A stretch of 64,000 nucleotides of DNA from Savitreella phatthalungensis (lineage: Eukaryota), in NCBI GenBank assembly GCA_051599415.1, contig AP039703.1, positions 248,001 through 312,000 of the forward strand. Reading direction: 5' to 3'. The notes beneath the pieces are model-generated. The model was given only the letters and a program-made list of their open reading frames with translations. It searched no databases and was not told the DNA's origin. Position numbers and translations under genes: made by a program. How positions within the stretch are numbered: the first letter of the stretch is position 1; every line of letters starts with the position of its first letter. Shown here piece after piece: positions 8,965 to 20,132 of the stretch.

Positions 8965-9273
8965 GCGACAGCCGAAGGACACCTAGCAGCAGCGATGAAC
9001 CAGATTGCCGAGCCCGGGACCTGCTGAAGTATGTTGTCGATGTCCTGCCAGAGGTGTGCAGTGCTGTGTGGGTAGAGCGCGTTGGAATCAGTGTCTGATA
9101 CAGTTTGCATTGTAAGATGCACGTGTCAAAATTGACTGACTCGGGAGTGCCGATCTTCTGTGCAATCGATTGGTGGGATCATGCACACACATACGCACAC
9201 GCCGCCTACAAGGTGGTAGAGTATAGACAAGCATCAATCTACAGACATCTGACTTACACGCGCTATAGAAATC

Positions 9274-10710
9274 ATGTCTGGAGATCTGGACAAGTTCTCA
9301 GCTGCGGTTGACGCGCATGCCGATGCATTCATCGACCGGCTTCGGAAAGCTGTTGCAATCCCATCGATCAGCGCTGAGCTGCCTCGTCGCGGGGATGTGT
9401 TCAGGATGGCTGAGTATCTGAAATGCGAGCTTGAGTCGCTGGGTGTGGTCGTGGAGTCGCGTGCGAACCCGCTGGGCAAGCAGCATGGCACGGATATTGA
9501 CCTTCCGCCTATACTCCTAGGCACTTACGGCACCGACGCAGCAAAGCCGACAGTGCTTGTGTATGGTCACTACGATGTACAGCCTGCAAGCAAGGGTGAT
9601 GGCTGGGGTTCAGAGCCGTTTGAGCTCACGCTCGATGAGAAGACTGGTCGGATGTACGGCCGCGGAGCGTCTGACGACAAAGGCCCCGTGCTCGGTTGGT
9701 TGAACGCGATCCAGGCATTCAAGAGTGCTGGTGTTGATTTCCCAGTCAACCTGAAGGTCTGCTTCGAGGGAATGGAGGAATATGGTTCCGAAGGACTTGA
9801 CGAGCTGATTGTTGCAGAGGCGTCAAAGTACTTTGCGGATGTCGACTGCGTCTGTATCTCCGACAACTACTGGCTCGGATCGTCCAAGCCGTGCTTGACG
9901 TATGGTCTCCGCGGTGTGTCTTACTTCAACCTGATCGTCAAAGGACCTGGTGCAGATTTGCACTCTGGAGTGTTTGGCGGAACGGTGCACGAGCCGATGA
10001 CAGACCTCATCCAGCTCTTCGCCACGCTCGTTGACCCGAAGGGCAAGATCCTGATTCCTGGCATCTACGACAAGGTTGCACCGATGACGGATGAGGAGCG
10101 CAAGATCTACGACGGCATCGACTTCTCGATCGAGGAGTTTCAGGACGCTTTGGGTAACAAGACGAACTTGAAGGAGACGGTTCAGGAGACACTGATGGCG
10201 AGGTGGCGATACCCGTCCCTGTCGCTGCACGGTATCGAGGGCGCTTTCTATGGCGCAGGTGCAAAGACAGTGATTCCTGCAAAGGTGAACGGCAAGTTCA
10301 GCATCCGGACTGTGCCGGATATGCAGACTGGCGAAGTGTCCGCGCTCGTGCAGAAGCACATCGAGACGGAGTTTGCCAAGCTTGGCAGCAAGAACACCGT
10401 TTCGGTAGAGGAGTTGCATGCGGGCAAGCCGTGGTACTCTTCTCCTGACCACTGGAACTTCCGAGCCGCTGCAAAGGCGACCGAGTACGTGTACAAGGTG
10501 AAGCCTGACTTGACACGCGAGGGCGGCAGTATTCCAGTGACCTTGACGTTCGAGGAGTCTCTCGGCAAGAATGTCTGCCTCCTCCCAATGGGACAGGGTA
10601 ACGACGGCGCTCACTCCATCAACGAGAAGCTCGACAGGGGTAATTACATCAACGGCACAAAACTGCTCGGTGCATACCTGTACGAGATTGCACGTGTGGA
10701 CCGGTCGTAA
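9274..10710 (+). CDS. DUG1: Cys-Gly metallodipeptidase (M20A, Dug1/CNDP2)
   Basis: YGHYDVQPA, GRGASDDKGP, EGMEEYGS, DLHSGVFGG, REGGSIP and GAHSINEKL motifs. Confidence 0.95.
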   Translation: MSGDLDKFSAAVDAHADAFIDRLRKAVAIPSISAELPRRGDVFRMAEYLKCELESLGVVVESRANPLGKQHGTDIDLPPILLGTYGTDAAKPTVLVYGHYDVQPASKGDGWGSEPFELTLDEKTGRMYGRGASDDKGPVLGWLNAIQAFKSAGVDFPVNLKVCFEGMEEYGSEGLDELIVAEASKYFADVDCVCISDNYWLGSSKPCLTYGLRGVSYFNLIVKGPGADLHSGVFGGTVHEPMTDLIQLFATLVDPKGKILIPGIYDKVAPMTDEERKIYDGIDFSIEEFQDALGNKTNLKETVQETLMARWRYPSLSLHGIEGAFYGAGAKTVIPAKVNGKFSIRTVPDMQTGEVSALVQKHIETEFAKLGSKNTVSVEELHAGKPWYSSPDHWNFRAAAKATEYVYKVKPDLTREGGSIPVTLTFEESLGKNVCLLPMGQGNDGAHSINEKLDRGNYINGTKLLGAYLYEIARVDRS

Positions 10711-10832
10711 GCGATGTAGATGATCTCGCCATAGCACTGATGGGATTGAGTTGATTAGGCTAGAGCTAGACTTTGACTTGATTTGTCTTTTGACAAGACT
10801 ACAAAACGCGGTGGTCCAAGTGGTTTGCCTGT

Positions 10833-11255
10833 TTAGGAGAACCATCCACGCTTTTCCTTCTTGGCTTCCGCCTTGAGGTCTTCTCCTGCCTTCTGGGCAT
10901 CGTGTCCTAGCTTTGAGGCTTCGCGCTTGACGTCGTCTCCGAAGTTTTCTGCCTTGCGCTTTGCGTCTGAGAGTGCAGAGGCGATGTCGTCCTTTGCATC
11001 CTTGCCGTATGCCTTTGCCTTGTCGACGGCGTTGTCGACCGCGTTGTCAAACTTGTCACCGTAGTTCTGGGTCTCACGCTTGATCACCTTGGCATCGTGC
11101 TCTGCACGACCTGGGTTCAGCAGGTAGTAGCCAGCACCCAAGGCTGCACCGAGACCAAGCAGGATCGGCAGGGTCGAACGTCCGCCGGCAGGACGCGGAG
11201 GTGGCACAACAGGTCTTCCCTGAACGCCGGGACCGGTAGGTGGGACTGCAGACAT
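10833..11255 (-). CDS. Small single-pass membrane protein with a LEA-like amphipathic K/D/A tail
   Basis: Hydrophobic LLGLGAALGAGYYL, followed by DNAVDNAVDKAK/DAKRKAE repeats and a C-terminal KRGWFS. Biased codon usage. Confidence 0.75.
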   Translation of the reverse strand: MSAVPPTGPGVQGRPVVPPPRPAGGRSTLPILLGLGAALGAGYYLLNPGRAEHDAKVIKRETQNYGDKFDNAVDNAVDKAKAYGKDAKDDIASALSDAKRKAENFGDDVKREASKLGHDAQKAGEDLKAEAKKEKRGWFS

Positions 11256-11506
11256 GATTGATAGGTGGTTGTTTTGGTGAGTTGTAGAGGAAGGTATTGG
11301 CTTATAAGAGACGATGAAGGTGTTGGAGTCTGATGTAGTGAGTTGCTGCTGGATGAGGGAGGTGATGGTGCGATGGTGTGTGGGTACGTGGTAGAGTAGA
11401 GTGGAGCTGCGACTAGGACTGTATGGTAGCCGAGATTGGTGGTCTGTAGGTCAATCTAGCTAGGATGCTATTGTGCTGGGTAATGATCATAGGCTCAAGC
11501 CAAGTT

Positions 11507-11514
11507 TGACGTCA
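11507..11514. promoter_or_regulatory. CRE/Atf1-type palindrome TGACGTCA upstream of the LEA-like gene
   Basis: Perfect TGACGTCA about 250 nt upstream of ATG 11255, with a TATAAG-like element at about 11301-11308. Confidence 0.4.
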
Positions 11515-11841
11515 TCCTGGTCAGATTCTATCGAACTTTAAAGACGATTAAGCATGAACTGAATAGAACTCAATCGAGAATTGAATAATCATTAACATCA
11601 ACGGAATCCGATATATGAAGCACACTTAATCGAGATAAGACAGAGCAAAGGAGAGAAGCAGTCCAAATTAGCACGTGAAGAAAGAGACCGAGGATGTTGT
11701 TCTTAATGTACGTACTGAAGGTACTTTCAACAACGATGCGGTCGGCAATTGTGTGTGACAGTGACGATGAGATGCGTTCATGCTATAACCTACTTTTGAA
11801 TGTAGAGAAGGGTCGGATGATAAGACAAGCGCCTCTTTTGT

Positions 11842-14800
11842 TTAGTACAGTCTGGGTGCGATGTTCATCGCCATGAGTTCTTGGAAAAGCAGTTTTGCAG
11901 CGTAGGGGATGTGGACTTGAGAGATTTTGGTAGTGTTGCGACATGCTCTGCACTCAAAGATGTTCTTCTTGAGCTGTGCGATGGCCTGGAGGCCGCACAG
12001 GTCGCACACATGGAGTCGATATGCATCAGAGGAGTCAAACAATCGTTCCTTCAGGAATCCAGCGACACCGTGAGAGATCATACAGTCACGCTCCATCTCT
12101 CCGAATCGGAGTCCACCGTCACGCGCACGACCCTCGACAGGCTGACGCGTGAGGATTTGCATAGGACCACGAGCACGAGCGTGAATCTTGTCGTCGACAA
12201 GATGCTTCAGACGCTGGTAGTAGGTCGGCCCAAGGAAGACCTGTGCTTTCAGTTTGCGTCCAGTGTGGCCGTTGTACATGACCTCAAATCCACGTGACTG
12301 ATAACCTGCATCTCTCAGATTCTGCGAGACCGCCTCGACGGTGACGTCTGTGAATGGCGTCGCATCGCCCTCGAATCCGGCGAGAGAACCCACCTTGGAT
12401 AGCTGACACTCGACCAAGTGGGCCACCGTCATACGCGACGGGATGGCGTGCGGGTTGATGATTAGGTCAGGCACGATACCTTCTGCTGTGAACGGCATGT
12501 CCTCATTTCTGTAGGTGACACCAATAGTACCCTTTTGACCGTGCCGGGATGCGAACTTGTCTCCGATCTGAGGGATCTTCGTTGTCCTGATTCTCACTTT
12601 CACGAACTTGCGACCATCGGCGTTCGTGGTCAACATGACTTGGTCAACGATGCCACTCTCTGTAGATCTCAGCGGAGTAGATGCATCGGACTTTGTGTGA
12701 TCGACCGTTCTGGCGCCAAGCTCTGCGTTGCTGTCGCCCTTGGGAATGGGCGCAGTCTTGCCGATGATGACATCCTCACCCGAGACACGCACACCAGGCG
12801 CAATCAGACCGTCCTCGTCCAGTTTGTCGTACGTGCCCCGCTTCATCCTGAGCACCGTCATTCGTGTCGGCTTCTCAAACTGTGAGATAGCGCCCATTGA
12901 GAGCTTCTCCTCGGCATCCTGGTACACACGGTAGAACATCGACCGGAAGAGACCTCGATCGATAGAACTCTGGTTCATGATGACGGAATCTTCCTGATTG
13001 TAGCCGGAGTAACAAAGAATGGCGACGATCGCATTCTGGCCGGCCGGCAGCTCTCTGAACTTGAGGTACTCCATCGATCTCGTGGTGGCCAGGGGCTTTT
13101 GCGGGTAGTACAGAATGTTGGCCATTGTGTCCATGCGGACTTGATAATTGGTGAGGAAGACTCCCATTGCTTGCTTGCCCATGGCCGATTGGTAGGTGTT
13201 ACGGGGGGACTGATTGTGGTCTGGGAAAGGAATGATGGACGCACAAACACCCAGGATCATGGACGGGTGGATCTCGCAATGTGTCCAGAGATGTTGCGAT
13301 TTGTTGACGGCCGGTCGAAGACGACGAGCAGCCTGTTGAGCAGCGGACAAGTCCTCATCGTTCTCGGGTTCGTATCCGCTGATCATATTTCGGGTGGCCT
13401 CGAGATCGTCCGGCGTCATGGCAATCATGACCGTCTCTTCCTCTTCCGCGTCGAGGTATTCTGCAATGCCGCTCGTCAGCACGTTTGACCAGGTGAACTT
13501 GTCCTCCGGAGGTAGATCCGGCTGGTCGCGTGTAAGGGCGAGTCTGTTGACCACATCCTTTGTGAGAACGAGCACACCTGGCTCCGCTTGACCCGTCTCA
13601 TCTGCTGCTGCGCTATCTTCGTCATGGACAATAAACAATGGCCGACAGACACGGCCAGCGTCAGTGAGAAGCCGAAGCTCGCGCTCACGGATATCGCGAA
13701 CGATGGAAACTTCGACGGAGATGTCACCCCGACGACGCAATGAGCGTAGCGTCCTGACAAGTTGTGCAGGGTCGCGATGCACGCCGAGCCAGACACCGTT
13801 GACAAAGACTTTTGTCGCATTCGGAGAAGTTGAAGGGCTGTAGTCTTCCAGCGATTCCATACCCCACTCCTCGAGGAACTCGATGATGGGTGCGCTCGCC
13901 GATCCGACAGATACATACGACATGAGGGAAAGGTTCTTGACTAGACCGCAAGCTTGTCCTTCCGGCGTCTCAGCCGGACAAACAAGTCCCCAATGAGTGT
14001 TGTGCAATTGACGCGGCTTTGCAATCTTGCCGTCTCGTCCGATCGGCGTGTTGGTGCGACGCAAGTGCGATAGGGTTGAAGCATAGGTGTAGCGATTGAG
14101 TACCTGTGAGACACCAACACGTGCCTGCATCTGCTTCTTCTGGTCGCCCCATGTGCCTGTTGCGAGAGAGTATTTGAGACCGGAGGTGATGGTGGTGGAC
14201 TTCACGGCGAGCGCCAAGTTGAACTCTTTCTGAGTCTCATCGCACTTCTTCATGTATGCATAAACGTCCTTTGTGAGACGCTTGAAGAGCATGCGGAAGA
14301 GACCAGCAAGGAGCGGACCAGCCAGGTCAATACGCTTCTTACCGAAGTGGTCACGATCATCTGGATCGCGACGTTCGAGAGCACACATGAGGAGGCGATT
14401 GACCATGTAGCCGAGGAAGAATGCTTTCCGGGACTCAAAACCCTCGTCCGTGGTAATGTGCGGCAGCATTTCTTTCTGAAGGATGTCCTGCGCGTAGCGC
14501 AAGCGCTTCTCCTTCGTGACACCTGTCGCTGAACCACGCTTGCCAATGAAGTCAAGAGCGACCTCGCGGTCCTGGATGACGAAAGCATCCTCGATACAAG
14601 GTTTAAGCATCTCGAGCATTTGCCTGTCACGAGGATCGTAACAAATATGCTCGATGATCTCACGATCTGGGACGACGCCGAGCGCTCGGAAAACGACGAC
14701 GATGGGGATGTCGGTCTTGATGTATGGGAGGGTTGCACGGATCAGTTGGCCAGACTGACCCACACGGGGTGCTGTGAGCTTGATCTGCATAGACGAGATG

Positions 14801-15483
14801 AGCTTGCTGCCTCGCTCGACAGCTGACCGAATCTCTGCGACGTATGATACAGGTGACGGAGGTGCTTTGCGGAAAACCTGGACCATGTTTGCGGCGGACC
14901 GCTCCTGCGCAATGATGACTTTCTCGGAACCATTGATGACGAAGTAGCCTCCAGAATCGAATGGACACTCTTTTAAGTCATACTGCTCCTGATCAGATAG
15001 CTCGTGCAGGACACAGAATGAGGAGCGCAGCATGATAGGAACGCGACCAATGAAGACCTTCTGCGGTTCGTCGTCCTCTTCCTCCAGCCTGAATTCTGCA
15101 CCGTCCTCGTCCTGGACCCAGACCTTCTTGCGCATGTCGACGTAGAGGGGTGATGAGTATGTGAGCGAGCGGAGACGTGCTTCCTGAGGATGCATCGGCT
15201 GTGTGCTACCGTCTGCCTCTGTCATTGTGGGTTTTGAAAGGTAGATCTGGCCAAAGCTGATTTCGTAACGCTTTGCGACATCTGTCTCCTTACCTGAGTG
15301 CTGTTTGTGTGACTCTAGGGTGAGGACAGAGTCTTCGTCGACAATCTCCTGCATCGTGTTCTGGACAAACTCATCGAAGGAGCTTAGCTGCTGAGCGACG
15401 AGGCCCTTTTCGTCAAAGTATGATGCGATGACGGTCCAGTAGTCCTCATTTGTGAGGACCTGGTCATCGTACTCTTCATCCAT
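11842..15483 (-). CDS. RPB2: RNA polymerase II second-largest subunit, intronless, 1213 aa
   Basis: [54 protein letters not shown]-terminal zinc site [20 protein letters not shown]. Confidence 0.99.
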   Translation of the reverse strand: MDEEYDDQVLTNEDYWTVIASYFDEKGLVAQQLSSFDEFVQNTMQEIVDEDSVLTLESHKQHSGKETDVAKRYEISFGQIYLSKPTMTEADGSTQPMHPQEARLRSLTYSSPLYVDMRKKVWVQDEDGAEFRLEEEDDEPQKVFIGRVPIMLRSSFCVLHELSDQEQYDLKECPFDSGGYFVINGSEKVIIAQERSAANMVQVFRKAPPSPVSYVAEIRSAVERGSKLISSMQIKLTAPRVGQSGQLIRATLPYIKTDIPIVVVFRALGVVPDREIIEHICYDPRDRQMLEMLKPCIEDAFVIQDREVALDFIGKRGSATGVTKEKRLRYAQDILQKEMLPHITTDEGFESRKAFFLGYMVNRLLMCALERRDPDDRDHFGKKRIDLAGPLLAGLFRMLFKRLTKDVYAYMKKCDETQKEFNLALAVKSTTITSGLKYSLATGTWGDQKKQMQARVGVSQVLNRYTYASTLSHLRRTNTPIGRDGKIAKPRQLHNTHWGLVCPAETPEGQACGLVKNLSLMSYVSVGSASAPIIEFLEEWGMESLEDYSPSTSPNATKVFVNGVWLGVHRDPAQLVRTLRSLRRRGDISVEVSIVRDIRERELRLLTDAGRVCRPLFIVHDEDSAAADETGQAEPGVLVLTKDVVNRLALTRDQPDLPPEDKFTWSNVLTSGIAEYLDAEEEETVMIAMTPDDLEATRNMISGYEPENDEDLSAAQQAARRLRPAVNKSQHLWTHCEIHPSMILGVCASIIPFPDHNQSPRNTYQSAMGKQAMGVFLTNYQVRMDTMANILYYPQKPLATTRSMEYLKFRELPAGQNAIVAILCYSGYNQEDSVIMNQSSIDRGLFRSMFYRVYQDAEEKLSMGAISQFEKPTRMTVLRMKRGTYDKLDEDGLIAPGVRVSGEDVIIGKTAPIPKGDSNAELGARTVDHTKSDASTPLRSTESGIVDQVMLTTNADGRKFVKVRIRTTKIPQIGDKFASRHGQKGTIGVTYRNEDMPFTAEGIVPDLIINPHAIPSRMTVAHLVECQLSKVGSLAGFEGDATPFTDVTVEAVSQNLRDAGYQSRGFEVMYNGHTGRKLKAQVFLGPTYYQRLKHLVDDKIHARARGPMQILTRQPVEGRARDGGLRFGEMERDCMISHGVAGFLKERLFDSSDAYRLHVCDLCGLQAIAQLKKNIFECRACRNTTKISQVHIPYAAKLLFQELMAMNIAPRLY

Positions 15484-15896
15484 AATGTGAAGACTAAAGA
15501 GATGCTAGGGTGAAATGCTGACGGAAGAGAGAAAAGATGATGTACAGTGGTGTGAGAAGGAGAAGAGGGACGGTGAGAGGGTGGTTTCGGGTGATCCCAC
15601 GTCAGGAAAGTGCCCTGCTCTACTTATAGGCTTTGTCCGTAGTCGCGGATGGGAGAATCGATCAGCAGCAAGAATCTATAAGCCTGGTTGAAGTGACGCA
15701 GAAGGGAGGTGGATTGAATGTCGCGCGATCGGTGGAAGGGGTGGAAGAGTTGACTTTGCGTATCTAACAAATTTTGGATGATCTAGGCGTGGTGAATTTG
15801 ACCTCTGACCGGCCAGTGAAGGAGGTAGAGAAGCACGAAGGAGGATTGAGTGAAGTTGCGCGTCTTTTGAGACCAGCCAAGAGCCGGTCGGCAGGA

Positions 15897-15975
15897 GAGA
15901 GAGTAAGTGAGTGAATGAGTGTGAGTGTGTATCCTGGATGCTTGCGCGTGAGTGAGTGAAGTGAGTGAATGAAAG
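15897..15975 (-). repeat. Imperfect (TCAC/ACTC)n microsatellite upstream of RPB2
   Basis: The plus strand reads gagtaagtgagtgaatgagtgtgag...gtgagtgagtgaagtgagtgaatga. Confidence 0.7.
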
Positions 15976-16364
15976 TGGAAGTGTGCGTGTGCTCGTGCGT
16001 GCACGGGGTTTCACCAGATGTGAAGAGAGAGTGTGTCCAATACGACAGAGACATACACTATATTGGAATGATCCTTCATTTTCTATTTCATACAAGATTT
16101 TTCTTTAATTCTTTCCAGATCTGTAGAAGATCCAACTGACTGGAATTGCTGTATTGAATTTTCAATTTGAAATTAAATTTCACTCCGTGATAGGATACAG
16201 AATCCAGAAGTCAATTGACTGTGACAAAAGATTACAATTGGAAATGATTTCAAATTGGTGCATCTATAGGGAATTTTTGTTCAAATGAATGAGTAAAAGG
16301 CTGTTCACTCTCAACCCACTTACACACTGACTCAATCACTTGATCCTGTGCATCCCGTGTGCAT

Positions 16365-16412
16365 TCACTCACTCATTCACTCACTCAACTCACTCACTCA
16401 CTCACTCACTCG
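16365..16412 (+). repeat. (TCAC)n microsatellite upstream of dynein light chain
   Basis: tcactcactcattcactcactcaactcactcactcactcactcact. Confidence 0.85.
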
Positions 16413-16735
16413 ACTATACACACCTACACGTGCAGATCTCTCGGAGTGGTCGAGCGCGTGCATATATATATATCTGCTGCATCAATTAGGTGTGTCTGTC
16501 GAAGGGCACGGGGATCACGATCGATACACACCACACAGCAACACCAACAGCGAGCACTAGCTCTATTATACACAGCTTAGATTGTTCCAACTCTCTACGC
16601 GACTGTACTCCGTCACCTATCCTACTCTATCACCCTACCACCTGTAGCGAGCACAAAACGCTCACACTTCCATCTTCTTCTTCTGTATCAATCAACCTCG
16701 GGGACAAACCTTTAATCGACACACCCACCCTAAAG

Positions 16736-17077
16736 ATGGATCAACAGCCAAAGGCAGACGGCCAGCCGAGCCACGATCATGGCAACCTTCCACAGGGGCA
16801 ACAACAACAGCAGCAACACAAGGCGGTCATCAAGTCTGTGGATATGGTAGAGGAGATGCAGCACGACGTGGTCGAGTTGGCTCACACTGCCATGTTGCAC
16901 CACACGATTGAGAAGGATATCGCGTCGTACGTCAAGCAGGAATTCGACAAGAAGTACGGCTCGACCTGGCACGTCATTGTCGGTCGCAATTTTGGATCGT
17001 ACGTCACTCACGAGACTCGTCACTTTATCTACTTCTACCTCGGCCAGATCGCCTTTCTTGTCTTCAAGTCGGGATAA
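16736..17077 (+). CDS. DYN2: Dynein light chain LC8 with a short Gln-rich N-terminal extension, 113 aa
   Basis: [14 protein letters not shown]...[56 protein letters not shown]. First ATG in frame is at 16736. Confidence 0.96.
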   Translation: MDQQPKADGQPSHDHGNLPQGQQQQQQHKAVIKSVDMVEEMQHDVVELAHTAMLHHTIEKDIASYVKQEFDKKYGSTWHVIVGRNFGSYVTHETRHFIYFYLGQIAFLVFKSG

Positions 17078-17417
17078 TGTTCGAACTAGGATTTCCCTTG
17101 ACCTGGTATTCCCACTCGATCGGGTGCTCGGGGTCACAGTCACGTGCAGATGATTTCCGAAACGCTTGAGCAGATCAGGAATCATCCGCCACCACCCAAG
17201 GAGCAAATTGGACACAAGAAGACGAGCTGAGAAAGCCAGATGCTGATACTTGATCACCATGGAGAACTCAGCAACGGTCTAGTCCTCCAAATGTACAGTC
17301 ATACACACAAACAACACACTCCTATCACTGGTGTCTTTGTTCGTTCTTCTCGCTCGACTTGTGGTCCTGCTTTTGTGAGATTGTCATTCTGTGTCATGAA
17401 TATCGTTTGAGTTCTCG

Positions 17418-18778
17418 CTAGCGGAGACAGGCACACACGCGGCTGATGTACCTCTGTGAATCGACCGACATGATCCTTGAGTCGACCTCGTGTATTGGTG
17501 GATCGAGCGGGTTGATCTGTTTTGCATATGCTCTGAGAGCGCGTACTGCACCCACGCCGACATTCTCTCCTGAGGGATCGTCTGGGTATAGTTGCTGGTA
17601 GGCTGCTAGGAGTCTTGCCTTTGCTACACACGCTCTCTGAAGCGCTTGATCTGTGTGGGCGGCTGTGACGGCGTGAGTCCGTGCACGCATACACTCGCAC
17701 ACAGCATCCCAATCACACCGCCCGACAATCTCAGTGTCCGGCAGACTCCGGGTCAAGCACAATCGAACCAAGATTGCCTTGCTCGTCCCCACAACATCCT
17801 TTGTCTCGAGCCCCTAATCCACCTGTTAGCCAACTGAATCCCTCGGCATGGGGGAGAGATCGGGGAAGTTCTTACGCTGAGCATGAGATCGAGTGCGTTT
17901 GGCTCGTACAGCATGAGTTGGTCGGCTAGGAGATCTGTGAGGGTGGTATGTGGTATGATGTTCGGTAGTTTGTGGTTGGTTAGGGTTAGAAGTAGCTTTG
18001 CTAGCCGTGCTCTGAGCTGGACGATCTCGAATGTGAGGGACGACACGAGATCGACCTTCTGCCAGGTGAAGATGCCACGGAGCGCGCGCTTCAACTCGCC
18101 CGCCACACTCCCTGACACCATTACCCCAATCAGTGTCTTCGACAGATCCTTAGCCCTCGCAACCGTCTCCTCCCAATCGAGCTCCAGCGTCGTCATCACC
18201 AACCCGGCAATCGTCAGCCAACCTCGCAGCGCCTTTGGAGATTCCGCCGGCGTGACATTCAGCACAGTCTCCAAAAACGGTAAGGCCGACCCGAAACCGA
18301 GAAACACGGTCGGTGCGAAGAGCGCGTCTGGAGAAGTGTCTGTGGGTGCGATGTCTGGGAGTGCGATGTCGGAGGTGAGGTTTGGGGTGATACGACGACG
18401 CTTGAATCGCCTGGAGGTCGCGTCGCCATCGGCGGGATACTTGTCGACTGCGATGGCATGGCGGAACGCAGCTGCGCCGTGCTGCTTGATCGACCGATTG
18501 AGGACGCGTGTGCAGGCTAGCGAGAGTGTGGGATCGCTCGAGAGCGTCCTGTGCACGAGGAGAGAGCAGCACGCGATCAGGTAGTGGTCTGGGATGGCGA
18601 AGCTTGCCTGTAGTTGCAGTAGGAGGTCTGCATAGTCTGAGTCTGGTGTGGAGGTGTCAGCCTGGGTGGTTTCCCACGCAAATCAGATGCTGCAGTTTCG
18701 ACACTTACAGAGCTCTTCTTCCAGCACGCTGTCTAGCAGCTGGCAGAGCGAGTCTGGCAACAGCTGAAGCGTGTACAT
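17418..18778 (-). CDS. Three-exon helical protein (18778-18709, 18642-17876, 17813-17418; 410 aa), possibly Smc5/6 loader subunit Nse5-like
   Basis: Introns 18643-18708 (GTAAGT..GCTGAC..CAG) and 17814-17875 (GTAAGA..GCTAAC..TAG) join three ORF-track fragments in frame. LEEELYSDYADLLLQL and WLTIAGLVMTTLELDW recall fission-yeast/Pezizomycotina Nse5. The gene model is solid; the identity is tentative. Confidence 0.6.
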
Positions 18779-18987
18779 CACCAGGTTGTCATGGCGTGCA
18801 CGACGCGTCTTTAAAAGACATCCTAACAATTTTACGTGACAAGAACACAAACCGAGATTTGATCTTCCCAGGCGTATCGTTGTCAACAACCACTCGCCGG
18901 ACGTGAAAAGCTCAAACGCACCGACTCACATCCGTTTAGACCATCTTCCGCTGTGACAACGCTACCACCAGACGTTATTCTACTCTG

Positions 18988-20061
18988 ATGAACTGTGTCC
19001 AGGCTCGAGAGCTTGCGGCTGGCGCATGGCTGTTTGAGATCGAGCCTGTGAGGGACAATGGGTTGGCGGTGTCTACGTCAACAAATGGTGTGTACGTGGT
19101 TGATGGCGAGACGCTGCAGACGCGGCATGTGATTGGGAAGGCGCACGACGATGTGATCACTGGGCTATCGAGCTCTGCCGACGGCAGGGAGCTCATCAGT
19201 GTCGGCCGTGACTGCATGCTCAAGGTCTGGGACTCAAGAAGCTCAAAAGCCAGTCCCGTCAGATCGTACCGCGCACCTGCGGGAATCCTGAGCGTGTCTG
19301 CACATCGAGTGAATGATCGGATTGCCATTGGCACGGAGTTGAAGGGCACGGATGCGTGGGTGAACGTGTACGACACCCGGGGTGGTGAGCCTGTGGTGTC
19401 TTACAGCGATTCACACTCTGAGGATGTCACGTCGCTGTACTGGCATCCATCGACCGATTTGCTGCTGTCTGGCGGTGGCGACAGCATTGTGAACTTGTTT
19501 GACACGCAGGTGAGCGATGAGGACGATGCGGTACTACAGGTCTTCAATCATGGTGCTAGCGTTCACATTGCCCAATTTGTCGGGAAGAACGAGGTTCTCG
19601 CAGTCTCGCACATGGAGACGGCAAGCTTGTATCGACTCACGTACGCGTCCGAGCAGGAGCCTCGTGACGAGGTGCGTGAGTACGGCGATCTGCGTGAACG
19701 GCTCTCGACGGACTACGTCATCTCCCTGGACTCAGGACCGACGCCGCGATTGTACTGCGCTTCTAACGCCGGTACGCTGTCCATGATCCCCTTCGATACC
19801 AACGACCTGAGCTTCGACGTCGACAAACGAGTCGATGCTGACGCAGGTACGACGGAGGTCATCAGGTCTGCTTACAGGCTGTCGAATGCGCTTGAGCACG
19901 GGGACGAAGTTGTGTATACGGCTGGGGAGGACGGTATGCTTCGCGTATTTGCAAAGTCGACAGTCGTCCGCACGGACGAGGAGAAACTCCAACGTAAGCG
20001 TGAACGCAGAGAGTCTAAGCTGGCTGAACGCAAGGAACGCAAGCGGTATGAGCCGTATTGA
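18988..20061 (+). CDS. WD40-repeat protein, WDR89-like
   Basis: AHDDVIT..LKVWD, VYDTR..SYSDSHSEDVTSLYWHP..LLLSGGGDSIVNLFD, EDDAVLQVFNHGAS, VYTAGEDGMLRVF, basic tail ending RYEPY. Confidence 0.88.
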   Translation: MNCVQARELAAGAWLFEIEPVRDNGLAVSTSTNGVYVVDGETLQTRHVIGKAHDDVITGLSSSADGRELISVGRDCMLKVWDSRSSKASPVRSYRAPAGILSVSAHRVNDRIAIGTELKGTDAWVNVYDTRGGEPVVSYSDSHSEDVTSLYWHPSTDLLLSGGGDSIVNLFDTQVSDEDDAVLQVFNHGASVHIAQFVGKNEVLAVSHMETASLYRLTYASEQEPRDEVREYGDLRERLSTDYVISLDSGPTPRLYCASNAGTLSMIPFDTNDLSFDVDKRVDADAGTTEVIRSAYRLSNALEHGDEVVYTAGEDGMLRVFAKSTVVRTDEEKLQRKRERRESKLAERKERKRYEPY

Positions 20062-20132
20062 CCAGGTCAAACACAGCATGTGGGTACCGCGACTGATTGA
20101 TGCTACGTGAAGATCTCGGGGACCGCTAGGCA

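Noticed and set aside
9823..10845. 340-aa antisense ORF over DUG1 (similar ones over C1-THF synthase, the MFS gene and RPB2)
   Set aside because: Antisense open frames are expected from strong codon bias in the sense gene; no independent features.
15676..16580. Several His/Ser/Leu/Thr-rich ORFs between RPB2 and DYN2
   Set aside because: Translations of the TCAC microsatellites; not protein-like.
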